64,000 nucleotides of DNA from contig JBFMGO010000008.1 of NCBI GenBank assembly GCA_040752695.1, positions 1-64,000 of the forward strand. Reading direction: 5' to 3'. Below, piece after piece: positions 46,087 through 57,652 of the stretch; position 1 is the first letter of the stretch; the number at the start of each line of letters is the position of its first letter. A model generated the notes under the pieces. The model made no database searches and was not told where the DNA came from. It saw only the letters and a list, made by a program, of their open reading frames with translations. Source of the stretch: a bacterium. Lineage in GTDB: Bacteria > SZUA-182 > DTGQ01. The position numbers were made by a program, and so were the translations under genes.

Positions 46087-46820
46087 TCCTCGTATCCAAC
46101 CTCACTGATGCACTTGAAGATTTCCCTCGGGTTGCTCGTACAGGTCAATACCCCCGAGTAGAGAACCTGTCCTTTGTCAGCGGTAATATAGTCCAGAATA
46201 AATCCTGTATGAGTGATAATGAGTCCCATCCTGGTTCGCTCCGCTCGAAGCTCCTTCAGAGTCTTGCCGGGGTCCACGTGCAGATCCCTTTGAAGCAACT
46301 GGCTGATGGCGAGGCCGATCAGCGAAATGTTCTCCAGATCAACACCTGACTCCGGCTCGTCAAAGAGCAAAAGGTCAGGATTCTGGGCCATCAGTTGAAG
46401 GAGCTCAGACCGCTTGATTTCGCCGCCCGAAAACCCGGCATTGATATCACGGTCGAGGAATTCGGAAAAATTCACCCTTTTGGCCAGGTCCTCTGCATCC
46501 ACCTTCCCCTGTCCGCAGATCTGAACGATCTGCCGGATCTTTACTCCGTTTATGGTAGGCGGCCGCTGGTAAGATATGCCTATGCCCAGTCTGGCCCGCT
46601 CATTGACAGGCATATAGGTGATATCCTCCCCTTTGAAAAGTATCCTGCCGCCGGTGATTTTATATTGCGGGTAACCCATGATGGTCATGAGCAAGGATGT
46701 CTTGCCCGACCCATTCGGGCCAAACAGAATGTGTGTTTCTCCTGGATGAATTTCCAGATCAATATGTTCCAGGATTTTTTTGTCACCGACCTTGACCTGT
46801 AAATCCTCGATTTGGAGCAT
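46065..46820 (-). CDS. SufC-family ABC ATPase (SmsC-like)
   Basis: GPNGSGKT, N.GFSGGE.KR.E+LQ, DEPESG+D, ITH and C-terminal GYEECIRC. Confidence 0.92.
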   Translation of the reverse strand: MLQIEDLQVKVGDKKILEHIDLEIHPGETHILFGPNGSGKTSLLMTIMGYPQYKITGGRILFKGEDITYMPVNERARLGIGISYQRPPTINGVKIRQIVQICGQGKVDAEDLAKRVNFSEFLDRDINAGFSGGEIKRSELLQLMAQNPDLLLFDEPESGVDLENISLIGLAISQLLQRDLHVDPGKTLKELRAERTRMGLIITHTGFILDYITADKGQVLYSGVLTCTSNPREIFKCISEVGYEECIRCAI

Positions 46821-46892
46821 CTTCCTCTCTTTCTCCTTGATACATCTTGCATGCATCCGGCATTACCGGCTGTCGGGACTACCACAGGATAG

Positions 46893-47372
46893 TCACTGGT
46901 GACAGAGACCTTCGTGCGGCCGGACAATGACGACCGGGCACGGCGCAGTCTTAATCACCTCTTCGGTAACACTTCCAGCTAAAAGTCGGGTTATTCCCGA
47001 ATGACCATGAGTTCCCATAACGATCAAATCAATCTTTACGTCAGCGGCCATCCTGGTGATCTGCTGGTGCGGTGTGCCGAGATTGGCTACCGTGATAATA
47101 CTTTGCATTCCCATGTCCTTTGCCTTTTTCTCCGCTTCCACGAGCATCCCGTTAACCAGGGAAAATGTTTTTAATTTCCGTTGAGCCAGGAGGGTCTGGT
47201 CTTCATATGCATCGTAAATACTCTGATTGTTCTCTATAACAGTCATCAGATAAACGGTAATGTCTGATTCTCTGACCAGAGAACTTGTATAGTTCAGGGC
47301 CTCCAGAGATACATCTGATAAGGATACATCAGAGCCACTAATGGGTACAAGAATTTTTTTTATGGGCAGCAT
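46893..47372 (-). CDS. Universal stress protein
   Basis: KKILVP, DLIVMGTHG.SG...L.GSV.E.V++.APCPV+IV. Confidence 0.93.
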   Translation of the reverse strand: MLPIKKILVPISGSDVSLSDVSLEALNYTSSLVRESDITVYLMTVIENNQSIYDAYEDQTLLAQRKLKTFSLVNGMLVEAEKKAKDMGMQSIITVANLGTPHQQITRMAADVKIDLIVMGTHGHSGITRLLAGSVTEEVIKTAPCPVVIVRPHEGLCHQ

Positions 47373-47531
47373 AGTTTTTTCCTTCTTTTTTGGCCTAATC
47401 GCACGGGTTTTAAAACTCACTCATACTGCACGTGCACGCAGCCGCCAGATTAGCTGTACCCACAGCACAAAAGAATATGAGCCTATCTCTCAATCCCCCT
47501 CTCACGCTCTATTCACAATACTTCATCTCAC

Positions 47532-47565
47532 TCCCCACCCCGCTTTTTTCAAAGCGGGGTGGGGA
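47532..47565. terminator. 15-bp-stem hairpin (terminator-like or REP-like)
   Basis: TCCCCACCCCGCTTT-TTTC-AAAGCGGGGTGGGGA; no U-tract on either side. Confidence 0.5.
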
Positions 47566-47967
47566 ATCCTGTTAGCGACCGGAGAAGTGGTCAGGCAATT
47601 CTCTTTTGATCAGGCAATTCTCTTTTGGTCTTTAGGCTTATCTTTATTCTCCTGGATGCACACTCTCAAGGCTACTGAATATAGTCATGTATAAACAGAT
47701 TGGCTGTGCTGGGGTTTGCTGCATAGGGCGAGCCCATGTGCAGTTGTGTTACCACTGCCAATTGGAACTATTGACACCTCCTTTCATCCTTAAAAAAAGT
47801 GTCCTTCGATTATGACGTGGCGAGTATGTGTATCGGATTTCCCCAGGGTATGGGATTTTCCTTGGGTGCTGGGTGCTTTCCTTGCGTGCCGGAGTTTCGT
47901 AAGGAAGAAGCTGCTTTGATTTGCCGGAAAGAACAAATAACGTGAGGTTGATATTTCATCTGAATAG

Positions 47968-47997
47968 AATATACCCTATTATATACAGATATGTCAA
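47968..47997 (-). promoter_or_regulatory. Candidate sigma70 promoter
   Basis: TTGACA-18 nt-TATATT. Confidence 0.5.
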
Positions 47998-48055
47998 AAG
48001 GAAGTTCTCATCGCTCTCATTTTTTAAAGAATTACCCGACCCGAAAAAATCCTTC

Positions 48056-49006
48056 TCACCTTTGTCGCAGTTCAAAAACCAGAGGTATTTCGAACCACAA
48101 AGAGGATTCGCGGATGCTTTCGGGAAAGGGAGGAAATGGATCTCCATCTTTGACTGTCTGTATGGCTGCTTCATCCAAAAAAGCGATGGAAGAACTGCCG
48201 GTGATCCGGACCTTCCCGACCCGACCGTCGCGGTAAAGTAAAAAGCCGACATTGACACTTCCTTCCCATCCCTTTTTTCTGGCCAGAGAGGGGAATTTTT
48301 GGTGAACTGCAATATGACGCCGGACCTTCCCCTCGTAGACTTGAAAAGCACGGGCAGGATCAAAGCGGTCATGAGGATTAAGATGGCCAGGGCGATCAGA
48401 GCGATCATGGCCTTCACGGGCCGATGATTCGATCTTGAGTGGCAAAGAGGAAATGGAAACATCCGCAGTCAGAGCGGCTGCATTTTCTGCAACCCGGCCA
48501 GCCATGGCTTCACCGGCTGACCTCAGAGAGTCAGGCAGGGGCACATACACCCCTGCACCAGCATCGGGGCTGTTGCCCGTAAAGCCCATCGCTTTCGGCT
48601 TTGCGGACTGCAAAGACGCGGCCTGGGGTTGACTCTCCGTGTATCGGGGTTGAGATATCGCAAATCGGGGTTGAGCCATCGCGGAACGCGACTGAGACAC
48701 CGCGAAACGCGACTGAGACACCGCGAAACGCGACTGAGACACCGCACATCGTGGCTGTGGAAATTCCCTGGAGCGCATATAAGGTCTTGGAATCTCTTTC
48801 ATCTGTCTTTGCGGGAGAGAAACCCGAAGGGTTACAAGATCGACTTTCATCCTCTGCTCGATGCAGGGGCGGGGGGCTGATCGGTCCTGGGGAAGAAGCG
48901 AAAGAACATGAATAAGGAGGGAGAGAAAAAACGCGCAGTACAGCGCCCAGTCCCCGGTTTTTCCCCGGGGTGACAATCCAAGATCCTTTTTTTTCTGCAT
49001 TGCCAT
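48056..49006 (-). CDS. TonB-family energy transducer
   Basis: TM with SL.+H, low-complexity linker, and C-terminal FP..AR..G.EG.V.V.F....DG.V..V.+..SS....LD.AA...V. Confidence 0.88.
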   Translation of the reverse strand: MAMQKKKDLGLSPRGKTGDWALYCAFFLSLLIHVLSLLPQDRSAPRPCIEQRMKVDLVTLRVSLPQRQMKEIPRPYMRSREFPQPRCAVSQSRFAVSQSRFAVSQSRSAMAQPRFAISQPRYTESQPQAASLQSAKPKAMGFTGNSPDAGAGVYVPLPDSLRSAGEAMAGRVAENAAALTADVSISSLPLKIESSAREGHDRSDRPGHLNPHDRFDPARAFQVYEGKVRRHIAVHQKFPSLARKKGWEGSVNVGFLLYRDGRVGKVRITGSSSIAFLDEAAIQTVKDGDPFPPFPESIRESSLWFEIPLVFELRQR

Positions 49007-49256
49007 ACCAGCCTGCTCTTGTTCCTGGACGCTTATTGCCCAACCGGCGACTTTGCACGCCGTCAGGCCCTTCTCTTTTTGTCGAGGTTGAAAAGTCCGT
49101 ATCTTTTTTCAGAAAACTGAGCCTTGAATTTTCTTGAAAATACGAGCAACTTCATATACACTGCCGCACAAGATCATTGTTTTAAACTACTCTTTCGTAT
49201 CCTCTGCACGATACTTTTTATAATTAGTATTATACTTCTTATATTCCGGAGTATCA

Positions 49257-50984
<1,728 letters not shown>

Positions 50985-51030
50985 TTTTTAACTCTTGGAG
51001 TAGTTTTAACTCTTGGAGTAGTTTCTAACC

Positions 51031-52326
51031 ATGCAAACAGACAGCTACCTTTTGGAACTTCAGCATATCAATCAGGCATACGGCAGTGGAGACCGGCGTT
51101 TCACCGCTGTCCAGAACGTAAACCTTGCCCTCTCCGAGGGCGAATTCGTTGCCCTTTTAGGACCGTCAGGCTGCGGGAAGAGCACCCTTTTGCGCATTAT
51201 CACCGGGCTCCAGCATCCAACCGAAGGCCAGGTGATCTACCGCAATGTGCCCCTTAAGGGAGTCAATCCCTACGCAACCATTGTTTTTCAAACCTTTGCC
51301 CTTTTCCCCTGGCTGACCGTGCAGGAAAATGTGGAAATCGCCCTGAAGGCCCGCGGCATTCCCCCGAAATTGCGCACACCCCGTGCCCTGGATCTTTTGG
51401 ACAGGGTCGGGCTGGATGGATTCGAGACCGCCTATCCCCGCGAGCTGTCAGGAGGCATGCGCCAGAAGGTCGGCTTTGCCAGGGCTATGGCTGTGGAGCC
51501 TGAGTTGCTTTGCCTTGATGAACCCTTCTCTGCCCTCGATGTTCTCAGCGCAGACTCTTTGCGCGGCGAGCTTTTGGAGCTGTGGTCCAGCGGCAGCATT
51601 CCGACCAAAGCCATCCTTCTGGTTTCTCACAATATCGAGGAAGCCGTCTTCATGGCCGACCGCATTATCGTCATGGAAAAAAATCCGGGCAGGATCGTGA
51701 GCACCCTGAAACTGAGGCTGCCCCATCCGCGCCAGCGAAAAGCTGCCGCATTTCTGTCCGTGGTGGACCGGGTCTACAGTATCCTGGCCGGCCAGACTCA
51801 GCCCGAACACGTAGAGCTGGGTGCAGCACCAGGTGAGCCCGGCGGGAAAACCCGTGCCCTGCCCCACATCGGCATCACTAACCTGGCCAGCATGCTGGAG
51901 CGCCTCGACGAAATGGCCAATAACCGGGCCGATATCTACCGCCTGGCCGAAGAATTGAAAGTCGATTCCGACCACCTGTTGCGGCTGACCGAAGCAGCGG
52001 AGCTTCTGGGATTCGCCACCATTGCCCAGGGCGATATTACCCTGACACCCCTTGGAGAAACCTTTGCCGAGGCCAGTATCTCGGCCCGCAAGGAAATCTT
52101 TGCCACCCGCATCCGCAGGCTGCCGATTTTCAAGTGGCTGATGGCTATGCTGTACGTTGCCGATAGAAGGCAGGTGGAGTGGGATATCGTTCAATCAGAG
52201 CTGGAAGTGGAGTTCCCCCGTGAGGAAGCCGAGCGCCAGCTCGAGACTGCCATTAACTGGGGCCGGTATGCAGAGCTCTTAGCCTACGATGACAGCGCGG
52301 CCGTAATCTACCTTGAACCAGGCTGA
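51031..52326 (+). CDS. ABC ATP-binding protein with AAA-associated C-terminal domain
   Basis: GPSGCGKS, LSGGMRQ, DEPFSALD and WGRYAEL..YD. Confidence 0.95.
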   Translation: MQTDSYLLELQHINQAYGSGDRRFTAVQNVNLALSEGEFVALLGPSGCGKSTLLRIITGLQHPTEGQVIYRNVPLKGVNPYATIVFQTFALFPWLTVQENVEIALKARGIPPKLRTPRALDLLDRVGLDGFETAYPRELSGGMRQKVGFARAMAVEPELLCLDEPFSALDVLSADSLRGELLELWSSGSIPTKAILLVSHNIEEAVFMADRIIVMEKNPGRIVSTLKLRLPHPRQRKAAAFLSVVDRVYSILAGQTQPEHVELGAAPGEPGGKTRALPHIGITNLASMLERLDEMANNRADIYRLAEELKVDSDHLLRLTEAAELLGFATIAQGDITLTPLGETFAEASISARKEIFATRIRRLPIFKWLMAMLYVADRRQVEWDIVQSELEVEFPREEAERQLETAINWGRYAELLAYDDSAAVIYLEPG

Positions 52327-52594
52327 TGCCGGGGCTCTTTTTATCTGCCGGGGAAAATTATTCACCCTCATTCCCCCTCCATATGAAGAGGAGAAGAGGG
52401 TGGTATGGGAGACTGCATGAGATTCAGTCTTCCCCCCTTCTCCTCCCGGCTGGAGAGAGAGTGAGGGTGATGCGTGAGAACGTTACCCCAAAAAGCTCAA
52501 ACGATGGTGACAAGAGGCTTCCTGATCTGTTTTAGGGACGCCCCCTTTTTGATCAGGCACTGACATGCCCTGGACAAAAAGTGTGGAAAGAAGT

Positions 52595-53059
52595 CTAAAT
52601 TCTCAGGACTGGAAAGCTTGGAGTAAGGAGTAGAGAGGATATGCGATCGGATTTTTCAGCAAACATGGTTAAGAGGCTTTTCACCTTGACAAGGCTTAAC
52701 TTTTCCTGCTTGAGGTCTTGTTGGTAGCTGCCATTCCACTGAAGATCATGCCTCCTGATTTCAGCAGCGCAGTAAAGGCATTCTTGAGAGTATCCTGGTG
52801 ATATACGCTTTTTATCGGCAATTAAATAACTTCCCCTCTTGTCAAAAGAAGGTGACAGGATCAGCATCCCCTTCAGGATCTGGATTTTTTCACTATGAAA
52901 TTCAGCATGTAATTGATTTCCATCAGTCAGCACGCGGGGAATATCATATATTTCATCCGGAATAGAGTAGTTACAGATGATAAATTCGGGGGCATCCAGG
53001 CCGAGCAGAAGCAAAAATACGATGACAATTAAACCCGCCTTCAGCTTTGCGTTCGTCAT
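52595..53059 (-). CDS. Hypothetical protein with hydrophobic N-terminus
   Basis: 154-aa ORF, SD AGGAG upstream; no family recognised. Confidence 0.45.
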   Translation of the reverse strand: MTNAKLKAGLIVIVFLLLLGLDAPEFIICNYSIPDEIYDIPRVLTDGNQLHAEFHSEKIQILKGMLILSPSFDKRGSYLIADKKRISPGYSQECLYCAAEIRRHDLQWNGSYQQDLKQEKLSLVKVKSLLTMFAEKSDRISSLLLTPSFPVLRI

Positions 53060-53441
53060 CTTAAGAATCTCCTGCCTCTCGGTATTTCTCCCGCATCTTG
53101 AAATTTCCTGCCTACTAACGATACATTAGCCATTAAACAATACGCCGTATGATGCTTTATTTTTGCTTGAACCATAATTTGCTTAAACCATAAAAGGAAG
53201 CATTCCCCGTGCCACTCAAGGCAGGGCCAGCTCTTAGAATGATGTTTCTTTGGGTTTAAAGGAGGCAAGCCCCTGTCCTGAGGAGGGGTTTTCAGTCTCT
53301 CAGGGCAGCACCTATAAGCCATAGTTTTTATGAGAAAAAATGATCTCTCTGCAGCAATACTTTGTAAGATCAGACAATTAGGATATACATAAATATTGGC
53401 GAAGACTCATATTTTTTGGGAAACGGCCTGCCACCGGCAGA

Positions 53442-53801
53442 CTAAAGACCGAATATCCCCCTGACCCGAAAGAAGGCGAATGACATAATAGTCCATATTA
53501 CCAATGCCAGAACAATTGAAACATTTACATTAAGGTGCATTTTTTTTAACAGGAGATAAAGAGGAATGAGGTAAACAAACATAAGCGGTAAAAAAAGGAT
53601 ATCGCTTTTGATAGTCCCTATCAAAGCATTCCGGCCACTTTCATTGCCCACGATACAGGAACTGATCACCGTAGTGATCGGTGCAGCAAGTAAAATCCCT
53701 GCCAGGACGGCATTACCCTTTTCAGCCAGGTATGAAACCAAAACAACAATACTGCCCCCCGCAATAAACTTCAATATATATTCCAAAACGGGAATTTCCA
53801 T
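53442..53801 (-). CDS. Small 4-TM membrane protein (DUF3147/GlpM-like)
   Basis: +KF+.GG.+V.L+S.+A.....LAG++.A.P pattern; SD AGGAG. Confidence 0.65.
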   Translation of the reverse strand: MEIPVLEYILKFIAGGSIVVLVSYLAEKGNAVLAGILLAAPITTVISSCIVGNESGRNALIGTIKSDILFLPLMFVYLIPLYLLLKKMHLNVNVSIVLALVIWTIMSFAFFRVRGIFGL

Positions 53802-54095
53802 GGTTAATACTCCTGTCATCAATGCCTCCGCTCCTCATCATCCGAGCACCTCGTTTGGACCTGTCCCATGAATGATAGTCATTATTCGGTCTTATGAAAA
53901 TTTTCATGCAGCCATGAGTTCATGTTTCCAGCTAAACTGAACCAGTACTGCCACTCAATGTACAAGGTGTGAAGGGAAAGTACAAGGTGTGAAGGGAAAA
54001 AGCAAGACACCTGTGCTGATTTTATGGGGGCGAACGGATTATGCCTGGAGGGTAAGCCTTGTAGAATCAAAAAGTTAGCGATCGGTAGTAGAAGT

Positions 54096-54147
54096 GTCTT
54101 CAATGGCCCGGCAAGGTCTTGGCCTATAAGACCAGGCCATTGAAGAC
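54096..54147 (-). terminator. Branched hairpin after the 54177 gene
   Basis: GTCTTCAATGGCC...GGCCATTGAAGAC outer stem with inner GGTCTT/AAGACC stem. Confidence 0.5.
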
Positions 54148-54176
54148 CGATAACTCACCTCACCTCTTTTTGACTT

Positions 54177-55280
54177 CTATGGGAAGACAGGTGGATAAGG
54201 AAAAGGTGGAGGAAGAATAGGACGGATAGGTGGTTCATAATAATATATTTCGTAATCGCTTCCATCATAGTCACTCCAGGTCACCCATCCATTGTCACTT
54301 ACAGTAGGGTCATAGCAATAAGAGGTACTGGCGATAAATTCAGTTTCTTCAGAATATGTATAATAGATAAATATTCCAGCATACCGTGCTTTCCAAGCTA
54401 CTACTTCGTCACCTATTACGGGGTACTCGTTATAATAATCTGGACTGCTGATCTGAACAGGGATGCCACTTGCCTTATAAAGGTATATATCATGGTCATA
54501 AAATCCATACCAAGCTACCCATCCATTTTTATTTATAGTAGGATTTGTGCCATTAATGCTATTTGGTATGACAATGGGAGTGCCGCTTGCCTTATAGAGG
54601 TATATTCCATTGGTGAGGCTTCCATTCCAAGTAACCCACCCGTTGTCGCCTATCTCGGGCCCATAATCATTAGAGGAGTTATTGGTAAGCCGAATTGGGC
54701 TGCCGTTTCCTTTATAGAGGTATACCTCGTAATCATGTCCATCCCACATCTCCCAGGTTATCCATCCATTGCTATTTATCCGGCAATAGTTGTCATTATA
54801 ACTATTATAGGTAAGCCGAATGGGCGTACCGCTTCCTTTATAGAGATATACCTCGTAATCATGTCCATCATATCCAGACCAGGCCACCCATCCATTGTCA
54901 CCTATAACAGGATTTATGCCATTATTGCTATTAGGTATTACAATGGGAGTGCCGCTTCCCTTGTAGAGGCGTATCCCATCCGTATTCTCGTTACCCCAAA
55001 CCACCCATCCATTGTTATTCATTTGTGGGATATAATCCCTGTAAGAATTATTGGAAAGTGGAATGGGAGTGCCGCTCCCTTTATAGAGATATACCTCATA
55101 ATCAGTTCCATCATATCCAGACCAGGCCACCCATTTATTGTTATTCATTATGGGGCTATAGTCATTATAAGAGTTGTCGCTAACCTGAATTACTTCTCCA
55201 AAAATGGAAGAATAGGATGGTCTTGTAACGATAAAAGAAGCAGTTACGCAAAGTGTTAAAATTAGAAGTAACTTTTTCAT
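54177..55280 (-). CDS. Secreted Tyr/Asn/Trp-rich beta-propeller-like repeat protein
   Basis: Signal peptide MKKLLL..., about eight ~40-aa repeats P.+..NGWV.W...DG.DYE+YLYK..G.PI, Pro-rich tail; AT-rich. Confidence 0.82.
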   Translation of the reverse strand: MKKLLLILTLCVTASFIVTRPSYSSIFGEVIQVSDNSYNDYSPIMNNNKWVAWSGYDGTDYEVYLYKGSGTPIPLSNNSYRDYIPQMNNNGWVVWGNENTDGIRLYKGSGTPIVIPNSNNGINPVIGDNGWVAWSGYDGHDYEVYLYKGSGTPIRLTYNSYNDNYCRINSNGWITWEMWDGHDYEVYLYKGNGSPIRLTNNSSNDYGPEIGDNGWVTWNGSLTNGIYLYKASGTPIVIPNSINGTNPTINKNGWVAWYGFYDHDIYLYKASGIPVQISSPDYYNEYPVIGDEVVAWKARYAGIFIYYTYSEETEFIASTSYCYDPTVSDNGWVTWSDYDGSDYEIYYYEPPIRPILPPPFPYPPVFP

Positions 55281-55602
55281 TTTCTTTCTCCTCATTAATA
55301 AAGATAATTCTTTTTCATCGATACTCCCCTTAAGGCTAATATTTAATTATTTATTACTGAATCCCCCCTTTCTTAACAACAACCTGAACTATGGTATGTT
55401 TTTGAGCATCTTATGATCTTTTTAGATAAATTAATTCTCGTTTTGCCCGTTGTTGGTTAAGTAATTTTTTGGCTAATCTATTTAAGGCTTATACAGTTGG
55501 AACATACCACATACTCAGGAAATAATTCGCAATCTATAAATATCTAATATTTAATAAATATTATATATTATATTATATATATAATATAACGATGTTATAT
55601 AT

Positions 55603-55632
55603 AATATACATCTCTTGCTTTTTCATTGTCAA
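55603..55632 (-). promoter_or_regulatory. Candidate sigma70 promoter followed by an AT-only tract
   Basis: TTGACA-18 nt-TATATT upstream of the 54177-55280 gene. Confidence 0.5.
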
Positions 55633-55947
55633 ATTTTTGAAGAGACAAGAAATGGTCATGATAAAAACAGCCAATATTGTCCAGGAGTAGGATCGATGCG
55701 GGAATCCAATGAAGAAAGCGGGCGTAGTTAACTCACTGGGGGAATTTCAGGAAGTTTATTGAGTTACAGGCTATAGACTGCACAGGTGCGGGACCCCGGG
55801 CTGGCCAGGCGTTTTTTGGTAGGCCCAAGCAGGAGTTATCACGACGATTCTTATGATTTTTCACAAGGCGCTTTGTGAAAGGTTCCGGCCACACCATCTG
55901 AAACTTGCCTGCACATGGTTTTCATGGTATCCTTTTTCAGGATTTGC

Positions 55948-56364
55948 CTAGTTTGATCTTTCGGACAGCAGCTTAGCCGTGATACCTGGCAAATTGCACA
56001 AATCGCCTTTGTCTACAAACCTGTCGATGATACCGTCTTCAATGGTCGCCTTGATCTCACCTTCGGCTACACCGAGATGATACCCCGAGATGAGGACAAC
56101 CATGGTGTTCGGATTAACCTTTTTTATCCGGTTTGAAATAGCCGAACTGTTCAACTGCGGCATCTCAAGATCCACATAGACAAGATCAACGCTCTGTTGA
56201 GTGATAACGGAGAGAACATCCTCCTCGTTCTGGGCTATAAAGGTCTGATACCCGCTTTGATCGAGAATGTCCTTAAATACGCTACACAATGTTATATCAT
56301 CATCGATAATTAAAATCTTCTGGTCCTTCTTCCTCACCGGGTTATCTAAAAATATGGCTTTCAT
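55948..56364 (-). CDS. Single-domain response regulator receiver
   Basis: ILIIDDD, VDL.MP, ISG and F+.K motifs. Confidence 0.9.
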   Translation of the reverse strand: MKAIFLDNPVRKKDQKILIIDDDITLCSVFKDILDQSGYQTFIAQNEEDVLSVITQQSVDLVYVDLEMPQLNSSAISNRIKKVNPNTMVVLISGYHLGVAEGEIKATIEDGIIDRFVDKGDLCNLPGITAKLLSERSN

Positions 56365-56480
56365 GCTTATCCTTTACGCTTTAACCTGACAATAAAAATG
56401 TACGCTTTAACCTGACAATGAAAATGCATGGGAACAGATCCCGATTTATAAATCCTTAATAATCTTAAAAAAACAACAGG

Positions 56481-56792
56481 TTAACCGAACAAATCGATTA
56501 AACGCTGTTTATCTTCATCCGTAGCCCTGTCCACTTCCTTGAGTTGACTATCAATTTCTTCACGAAATTCAATTCTATCGAGCTGATCGCCCGGTTCAAT
56601 GATCTTTTTCATGAGATCATTGAGCAGTTCTCTTTTTTCCTGCAGGTTTTTCATCTGTTCCAGGTATCTCGCCTTGGCCAGACCTACAGCTTTATCCGCC
56701 CTGGCCTGAAAAACGCTTATTTCCAAACTGAGCTTCTGCACTTTGAAAGATAATTTTTCCAGGTATTCATCCTGGAGAGATCTGGTTCCCAT
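56481..56792 (-). CDS. Hypothetical coiled-coil protein
   Basis: Y.EKL......L..EI....A.AD...A+..Y.EQ+..L..K heptad pattern. Confidence 0.6.
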   Translation of the reverse strand: MGTRSLQDEYLEKLSFKVQKLSLEISVFQARADKAVGLAKARYLEQMKNLQEKRELLNDLMKKIIEPGDQLDRIEFREEIDSQLKEVDRATDEDKQRLIDLFG

Positions 56793-57048
56793 GGGGAATC
56801 TCCCTGCCCCGCCCGCATTGGGCAAGCTCGTATGGCCGGCCTATGAAAACAGGAGTTGCACGCTGCGGGGCCATGTGCTATACATAATGAATTATACTCT
56901 TAACTATGTATCGATCCGATTGTCCTAACTCTTTACCTCTTTCGGCAAGATTCAAAAGATTTGTTCATCTGAATTTTGCTTTAACTTGCTCATCGTTTCT
57001 GATATACTTTAACCGTTACTGCACAATCTATTACAGAAAGGGACATTT

Positions 57049-57612
57049 ATGTACGAAGTCAGTGATATCAGGAAAAATCTTAAAATACAAATAGATGGTG
57101 AACCATATATTGTCGTCGATTTCCAATTCGTAAAACCCGGTAAAGGAAATGCCTTTACCAGAACAAGATTAAAAAACATGATTACCGGAAACGTTCTTGA
57201 CCGGACCTACAAGTCGGGTGAAAAGCTCGAACCGGCCGGGTTGGAAGAGCATCCCATGCAATTCCTCTATGCACTTGAAGGAATGTATCATTTTATGAAT
57301 ACGGAAAACTACGAGCAGATCGCGATGGATGAATCCCAGGTCGGGGACGCCAGGGATTACCTGATTGAAAATCTCAATGTCAATGTCCTTGTTTTCAATA
57401 ATCGGCCCATTGCCATAAATCTGCCCAACTTCGTCGAACTGGAGGTAGTCGAGACAGAGCCCGGCTTCAAGGGAGACACCGTCAGCGGAGGCAATAAGCC
57501 AGCCATCATGAATACCGGGGCCAAGATCAATGTACCGATTTTCGTCAACAGCGGTGATGTGATCGTGGTAGATACCCGGACCGGCCAATACGTCGAGCGA
57601 GCCAAAAAATAG
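57049..57612 (+). CDS. efp: Elongation factor P
   Basis: VKPGKG.AF.R, PG.KGDT and DTR.G.YV.R. Confidence 0.98.
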   Translation: MYEVSDIRKNLKIQIDGEPYIVVDFQFVKPGKGNAFTRTRLKNMITGNVLDRTYKSGEKLEPAGLEEHPMQFLYALEGMYHFMNTENYEQIAMDESQVGDARDYLIENLNVNVLVFNNRPIAINLPNFVELEVVETEPGFKGDTVSGGNKPAIMNTGAKINVPIFVNSGDVIVVDTRTGQYVERAKK

Positions 57613-57652
57613 GAATCTAAAAAGCAGGCACTTTCAGGCAAGGATATATCCT

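Noticed and set aside
47341..47694. Plus-strand 117-aa ORF, and the 53056-53322 and 53882-54103 ORFs
   Set aside because: They run through hairpins or tandem repeats or overlap real genes, with no motif or convincing RBS.
53200..53325. TPP or glycine riboswitch on the minus strand (GGTGC..CTGAGA..ACCC)
   Set aside because: Lacks the downstream CCTGAT..TAAT..GCG.AGG core of TPP and the glycine aptamer core; needs an Rfam scan to exclude fully.
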